A program made the translations under genes and the position numbers. Under the pieces are notes generated by a model. That model was not told the DNA's origin, did not search any database, and saw only the letters and a program-made list of their open reading frames with translations. Below are positions 56,252 through 64,000 of a DNA stretch of 64,000 bases, in pieces. How positions within the stretch are numbered: the stretch's first letter is position 1; the number at the start of each line of letters is the position of its first letter. This DNA comes from Trichoplax sp. H2 (Eukaryota), in assembly GCA_003344405.1 (NCBI GenBank), contig NOWV01000261.1, positions 1 to 64,000 on the forward strand, given 5' to 3'.

Positions 56252-59200
56252 ATGGGTTGGAAGATGAAATTCAATTCAAGGATCATCCTTTTTGCCACCT
56301 TGTGCATGATATTGTTGCACTATATCGTCGAAGGTTTACATGCTCGACGGCTTCGATATCGACAAAATCACGGACTCCATCGTAAGCGAAGATGGCCTAC
56401 CGTTACTTCTTCCGATTATAACTTTGCAGGTACATATGGACAAAATCGTTAGTGTCCTTATTTGAGTCTTCTTGTTTGATGTCTGTCTCACTGGATAATA
56501 AAACGAGCATTCCCATGCATGAAATAGAAAGAAGTTAATTGGATGTATTTTAATCAAGCCTACTCAACGTTTTCAATCCTTGTCTAGCACAACCGGTTTT
56601 CTACTCTATCTGTAACTTCGACCTTGATACGTGCGGGTGGAATCAGCTTAAAGTCATCGATTTTTTAGATTGGGAACGAAAACTTCATCGACAGGAACAT
56701 TCCCCTAGTAATGGTAAGTTGAACTTATATTTACCATCATTCCGACCTGGATTTCACTATCGAATCAGTTTTACTTGGAGAAAGAGCGCTGTTCACTATT
56801 TCATGATCATGTTCGCAATTTCAATTTTTATTGCTCAGGTACGAATTATTTTATGGCCATTCAAGAGATGGAGGCCTATGTTGATGAATATGCCGATCTC
56901 ATCAGCCCACCTTTGCTGCTGACTACGAATACTACTAAAGTGAAGGTGAATAGGATGATCATAAGGTCGAACCTTTATATCCACGTTTACTCTTGTTCGT
57001 TCAAAACTAAGGCTAAGAGAATAAGCTGTATCATCATTTAAAATTATTGACACTGTCTTGCTGTAGCCATCTTATGCTGCTGAAAGCCCAATGGTGCTTG
57101 CTTCCCTTAATGAATGCCAACATGCTCAAATTTTGTGGCAATATTTTCACTTAGGTTTCCTTTTCCTACTATGCAAATGGAAATTCCCAAGGTAGAGCTG
57201 ACATCTTTGTTATGTACCCTAGATATGATACCAAGTTGTATTTAATAGGCAGAGTAACTCCCACTTCCCAACGAAATTGGAGACATTACTCCTGCCGGAG
57301 TTTCACACCAAAATATAGCCGATATCGTGTAAGTAATTTAATAGAAACATTTGGACTTGAGGTCGACAAAACTAAGGAATACAGTGGAAATAATTGTGAA
57401 AGCGAAATTTTAATAATTTTCATGTAAAAAATGACGCTAGTAGAACAAAGTTCTGTGACCTTTCAAAGCGATGATCGGTTGAATATTTTACCAGTAAACC
57501 TGCTCTAGATCTGTACGTAGTCTATGCAGTCTCTTGACAAATTAAATCTCGAAAAGCCGTATGATATCAATCTACTAGGAATATCTGTCCTGTTTAATTA
57601 GTAAAGCTTTCCCTATCGCGTAGTCGATGCAGTGACTTTGACAAGTTAAATCTCGAAAAGCCATATCATTGCAGTCTACTAGGAATATCATTGCGGTATA
57701 CATGTTTCAGAACCCAATTTCTCCGGTCATGATTAGACTAGTCTACTGAAAGTTAAAAAATAGTCAAATTTTGCCCTATTCTCTAAAACGACATGCTTCA
57801 ATAAAACATGGGTAGTATTAGGTACCATGGAATAACCAATTTCTATTTTGTATATCCATGCATATCATTGACTAAATCTAAGAAGTAATGTCCTTGCCAT
57901 TGCCTTGAACTATAATAACAACCTAATTCTTTACTAAATAAAGATTATTCTTCGTGGAGTTCTCAGACAAGTATCACGCGCTAATAACTTTGCAATTGAT
58001 GATGTAACGGTCATCCCAATAGGTAAGCCATGAATGATTTCGATCAATAAGTCTTTGCGTATATTACCTATTTACTCGTGATATATCTTGATGACTTAGC
58101 GATCATAACAATTGATACTTCAATTTAGAAACAACTTGCTATACCAATAACGGCGAATTTTATCGGGGCTCCATCAGTACAACTGAGAAGGGCCAGCAAT
58201 GCATATCCTGGAGTTCTAAATCGCTTGTGGATTCACAGTTTCACCAAACTAATTATTCTCATCCGACTTTGGTATCCAACTACTGCAGAAATGTAAATGG
58301 AACAAGACAAAAGCCTTGGTGTTATATCCATGAATCGAACAACAAATGGCAATATTGTAATATACCAAAATGTAATCCAATCCCTCCCACGGACCCGCCA
58401 TATCCTTTAGGAAGTCGGCACTTTTTAAATTTGCTAGTGTCTTTTCTGATTTTCTTGCATTGTCGGTATACTGTAGAGATTGTTGAACTTTTCATAATTT
58501 TTTTATCACTTCCCAAGGTCGAAACCCGATAGCTTTAGTGAGCTACGATAGAGGTCTTCGAAATATTGGCCGATTGGTCATTTATCATGATCAAAAATGG
58601 GGCACGGTGCACAATGTTGGAATATCAGAAGCTGTTATTGGTATATTATGTAAACACTTCGGCTTTGATGCAAAAGGATCCTTGTGGAGTATGTTAAGGC
58701 TGATGGAATAGACTAGTGTAACTGTAATAATTAAGTTCTCAATCTGTGATCACATCTCTATATTACATAAATTTATGATTAGAAAATGACTCTTGGTTTG
58801 AAGTTGAAGATCAACCTGTCTGGCTGAATTCTTCTAACATCAACTGCCCAAATTCTGCAACGTCGTTGTCAGCATGCACTATAGGACCATGGAACAGCCC
58901 GTGGCGTAAATCAAGGGATATATGGATTGAATGCTATTCTGTTGCTACATCTACTGGTTAGATAATCAATAGTTATTTCGAAAAATGTATAGTAATTTCT
59001 CGCCGCTGGGTGCTGACTGATGTGATGATGTAGATGAAATCAATTGACACGTAGCGTAGTGCCAAGTAAATTTATCTTTTCTAGTTAAACATGGTATTAG
59101 CATGCTATGCAATCATAGACTACAGTTCAATATATATTAATTGGCCAAAATGGTTGCAATCAATTTCTTAAATCGATCATTTTTTATAATGTTGACTAAT

Positions 59201-61171
59201 TGGTATTAGATTTTGACTAATTCTTATTTACCGCTAGTTGCGTAATGATGAACTATTTTCATCTTTATCTATCAGCAGATTATACTACGATCAAATCTCC
59301 GCTGACTAATATGACAGTATCTCCAATCTTATCAAAGACACCTTCAACACTTATTTCTTCATATTCCACTTCATTTAGCGTTTTAGCCAAGGCATATCGG
59401 CTATCTATAATGGGTGGAAAGAATGCGACTAGTGGTATGCTCTATGTTAGAGGCAATAATCAAAATGGGACTGTCTGTTCGCCATTTTGGGATCTTAATA
59501 GCGCAGACGTTGTTTGTCGCCAAATGGGATTCATTGGCGCTTATTCCGTAAAAGGTTCGCCCTTTAATTCTATACAGCTTAAAGATTAACTAACTCATGA
59601 TTTATCATCGCTACCGTGATAAGCCAATAGTACTAAATACAAGTTATACATGTTGTAAATTATTATTAGTTGTTCTTCGACAATTCCCGATAACCTCATC
59701 CTTAATAAGTCGTATCGACTGCCATGGTTACGAAAGTTCAGTAAATCAATGCAACGTAAAAGCGTCCCTACATTCCACCGATTGCCCTTTGTCTGATATT
59801 GCTAGGATTTCCTGCAATGATGGACAAGAAAATTACAGTTCGTAACCGATATAGCTAATGACTGCATTTGATTAAGTTGAATTATTAATTATTTTTAAGC
59901 GTAAAGATAATTAATAAGTACCGGATTATGTACTATACCACTAAATTAAATATTTTTTAGCCAGCGCAAACAATCCCTGCTATTGTTCGTTCAGTCACGG
60001 ATTTTGTGGATGGAAAAATAACGGGAGTAGGAGCTGGTTTTGGCATGCTGCCGATTCAAGGAAGTACTCTATGCTACCCAATGGTAAAGTACAAATAAAC
60101 AATACTGAAATACCCATTGAATTACTTGACTTCGAATTCTGTATCCTAAAAGAAAATATTAAATGTGACAATGTACTATTTTGATTATATGATCTAATTG
60201 GCATCTTAGATAGATCGTATATTGCATTGCTAAAGCTAGAATCATTTGACGGTCCTCTTGAAGGGATTTTAGTCAGTCCACTTCTGAAAAGAGGTGGTTC
60301 ATCGATTTACGTAAGAATTCTTACAGCAATTGTTTGATCGTAGAATGAATTAGAAGACATTCAATGGATTTTTAGGAAATTAGTTGACTAATAGACGCCA
60401 TCTTAATAACCGTATGTGTTGTAGGTAACTTTCCGATATTATATCACAAGTTATACTTTTGATAGCTTAGAAGTCGAATATGCAACCTTAGATGGAAGCT
60501 TTTCGACCTTGTACCGTAGATTGCTTGATACTGGTGCCTTAAATACTTGGCATTTTAGCAAGACACTTCCGCTACCCGCTGGCTTATCGCCATTTCAAGT
60601 ATGTTCTTTCTTGCGGTATTTTGTCAGTAACATAAACCATTATACATTGTGATTTGAAAATCTCACGATTTCTATTAATTACGAATTATTCATCAATGCT
60701 TTTCCAATGCTCAACAATTAATTATGACACTCGCTTCTGTTGTTAAAATATGAATTGATTTTTAGTCAATATGAAGAACAAATGACTATTTTGTTAAGTC
60801 TTTGTGGCTTTTTGTTAGATTCGATTTATTTGCAAGGCTGTAAATAATATAAATTCCTACAGAAGTGTTGTGGCACTAACTGACATGAGGATAATTGGGG
60901 CTCATTACTTAGACCTACGTGAGTTATTTTAGTAAATTTTAATTTGAGAGTTAGTGATCACTCTCCATGATATTTTCATACCTTCGTAAACTGGATTTTA
61001 ATTTATAACATTGACATTATAGCGACGCCAAAGCATAGCTCTATAATTGGTATTACCGTTGGTTGCTCCATCGGTGTCATTATTATCGGTTTCCTAGTGT
61101 ATTTCTTTTGGTCATCAATAAAACAGAAAAGAGATGATGGACCTTCAGTTACAAGGACTTGTCGAGCATGA
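56252..61171 (+). CDS. Locus H: divergent paralog SP-RKRR-MAM-kringle-SRCR-Ser/Thr linker-SRCR-MAM-TM with only a ~19-aa cytoplasmic tail (~15 exons)
   Basis: Exons: 56252-56429; ~56588-56714, 56839-56945, 57155-57328, 57944-58022 (MAM1); 58129-58413 (kringle NYCRNVNG..KPWCY); 58518-58688, 58783-58956, 59276-59554, 59670-59838 (SRCR); 59961-60918 (MAM2); 61023-61171 (TM IIGITVGCSIGVIIIGFLVYFFW, then SSIKQKRDDGPSVTRTCRA-TGA). Confidence 0.83.
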
Positions 61172-64000
61172 AACAGTAAGCCATGTAAGGGGCAACTTGG
61201 TAGGTGTGGAACTTAGGATTAGGTACCAAGGCTTATCGAAATATGTACACCTTTTAAACTGCTTATAAAATGATATTGCAAATACGAAATAATTAAGTTT
61301 GGATAGATTTTTTAAACGCAGTCCTTTAAGCCCTCTTGTTTCTCAACCGCAAATGTTGTGTTTGATGTTGATAGAGTTGAGTTATGTTTATCAAAGTCTT
61401 AATTTTCTAATTGACTGGTGGTTCTAAGCATACAGATCAGCGGTAATGAGTTCATTCCTGAATCTCAACTCGGAAACCGTGACCAAAGTCAAAACAATTC
61501 TTAAATATTACTTTGATTGTGATTGTATTAACCCATTAAAAAGTAATTTTTAAATTGTAGAATGCAGTTAAATTTTGATAAATCATGGTTTGTGTTCGAA
61601 GTTATTTGTAATTGATTTTCCATCGCGGAGTGAATCGTAGTAATAAATTATTTTGAAAATTTACAACACGTCACGCATGATGTTCATGAATTCATTGGTG
61701 CAATGTTTGCGGCAACATTATATTTTACGATTGTCATAATCTGATATTCTATTTTAGCCAAAGTTACAACAGTAAACGAAATCGATGTGATCTTGAAATC
61801 TATAATTTGTTCAGATCGTTTAGTTTAGGACAGTAAACCGATATAATTATACCGTGTTTGCCGTCAATAGTATTAATCTGGCATACACATGGCGGTGTTC
61901 CCGCATTCATTCAATGCAATTATGGTCAAGTACGTACGATTATATAGAAGTCTGCTGCAAACTAGTTAAACTGACAATATGTGTTCGTTACATTTTTAAG
62001 CGAATCCCTCAAATGTTCAAAGCAATTGAAGAATAAAATCTGCGAACTAGTTTCACTTTGTAAAAGCAATTACATCGTACCTACATCACTATATTTTCAT
62101 TTACTGCGGCGTAACCGTTAATCAATAAACAAGTTAACGCAGATATAATTTCACCTCTTAATTGTACTTTATACAGCACATGCCTAAATCTGAATACTTA
62201 GCAACATTTTTAGAGTTCTACCAAAACTTATTAGTTATTAATTTCGGCTGTTTTCTGAAGTCAATGTTAGTTATATTAATAAAAGACTATCTTAAGTGTT
62301 TCGCATAAACTGACCTACTGCTTGATAAGTCTTACTATCGCTTTACTATTTTTAATCTGACTTCTACTATAAATAGATCACCCTTTAGAAAGTGATAACT
62401 ACAATATATTGTAGTACGCGTATGCGTACAACCAGGATATAAATATTGAGCACAGAATTCCATGAATTGACCCTGAAATTCATCTACTCGTAAACAAGCG
62501 TTACAATCACTAGATACTAGAGAGGTTAAGGGTTCCTTTTATCATAAAAATAGCGACCTTTATTACTCTAAAGCGCTAATATAGCTCCAACTGCCTGTAT
62601 AGTCACAATTCCTCGTGGCATTCGCCAAAAACTCCTTTTATAGCCTACTGACAGTGCACCATCAGATGATATACTCCATATAAAACTGTACAGTATTATA
62701 CAATACCATTAGTTTAGATAGTGTTACGTTACACCAGGTAACTATCAGAACATAGCAGTATGATTAGAAGTATGTATCAACAAGTAATTATATTTCCTTA
62801 GCAATTTATTTTATTTATTGAATTTATTAATTATTCATGACGGCATTTGTATCGCTTTCAATTCTTCCACGAAACATCATTTAGTGTAATATAGCTGTTT
62901 GTCGAGCGAAGAATTAACCAATTACTATAACACAATTGCCAATTGAATAAAAATAAAGTCAGAAATAAATGTATACATTAATTTTATCAAGTAGATGACT
63001 AAATACGTTTTATTTAGCATAACCTTCTTCGGGAGGCAAGCATCATCACATATTCACTACAGTTGTCGCTTATAATATAAATTGTAGTTCTTGAACACAA
63101 GTAGATGCTACCCAAAACGGCCGCCGTTACCTGTTCATACCTTAATTGTAATTCAATCCGTATATGTACCAGTATTATAAATAGACTTATCAATAAAATT
63201 TCATCAATCTTAAATTTAGAGCACTTGTTTCGTAACAACATATCGGCCATGATGCTTTAATTATATTAACCGACGTAGTGACTAAAGAACTCTAGCTATA
63301 TGTATAGCTGAATAAATATCAGTATTTTACAATAGAGATTAATGAAATAATAAGTTAATCAAAGTCTTTTCGATGCAAGTTGGAAATGGAGTTGGTCAAG
63401 CATTAAATTAATGTAACCATAGTAATTTAGCTTTACTCGTATCTATAAACTATATTACAGGGGTTTATATATTGTTTATAAGTACAGATATTTTTACTGA
63501 CAGAATATACTGTTCTAGCATTTCTTTTGATAAATGGTATTATTTAGTCCACGACAGCATTAACTTTTGTTACTTTAACTAGAGGGCCTATAAAAGGGTT
63601 TTTGGTCTGTTCCTTAGCTAAATGAATATGGAATAAAAGTTAAGTAAAACTGAGCATTTGGCTAATCATTAAATTGAGTTAATGCAATTTATGTTGCATA
63701 TTATTTAAGAATTTGAATTGAGTATATCGATGCGTACATACAATGCTATTTATACACAATCAGACATTTCCATTGGTTTGTATCTCTGAAAAATTTATGA
63801 AAAGGTACTTTATCAATTAGACCATGAAGCATTGAACTTGTTACTTCTAGCTAACTTATCTATAATAGACCAATGAATTTTCGTAAACGACTTGGCTAAA
63901 TTGGCATGAGTAATGATACTAAGCTAATGAATCTTTCGACTTACTAATATACCGTATTTTGATGCAATAGTCCAATTACTGTAATAGAATAGATATCTAT

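Noticed and set aside
9894..61171. Naming the genes neurotrypsin (PRSS12), Kremen, DMBT1 or MAMDC/MALRD1
   Set aside because: No serine-protease, WSC/CUB, ZP or LDLa domains were seen. Shared domains alone do not establish orthology, so no symbol is given.
61200..64000. Further exons or a ninth paralog after H
   Set aside because: No signal-peptide, PPxY or domain exon was recognised.

Overview
AT-rich, intron-dense eukaryotic DNA with short GT-AG introns and two 20-N assembly gaps. The style fits an early-branching animal such as a placozoan, but that assignment is inference only. The window is almost entirely one head-to-tail (+ strand) tandem array of 8 paralogous loci, here labelled A-H. 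They encode type-I membrane proteins of architecture signal peptide - [LRR N-cap/C-cap in C and E] - furin-type RxxR site - MAM - kringle - SRCR - SRCR - divergent MAM - TM - Pro/Ser/Gln-rich tail with PPxY. Five copies (C, E, F, G, H) can be spliced by hand into apparently open 15-19-exon genes, A is a 3' part only, and B and D are pseudogenes. Paralogs differ in specific ways: two N-terminal pro-region types, independent paired loss of one SRCR disulfide in C and H, a tail truncated before PPxY in H, and modular phase-1 tail microexons. This suggests a birth-and-death family of cell-surface recognition receptors that I cannot match to a named gene. Exon coordinates were read by hand and may be off by a few nt. 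Most short ORFs in the ORF track are exon fragments or spurious.
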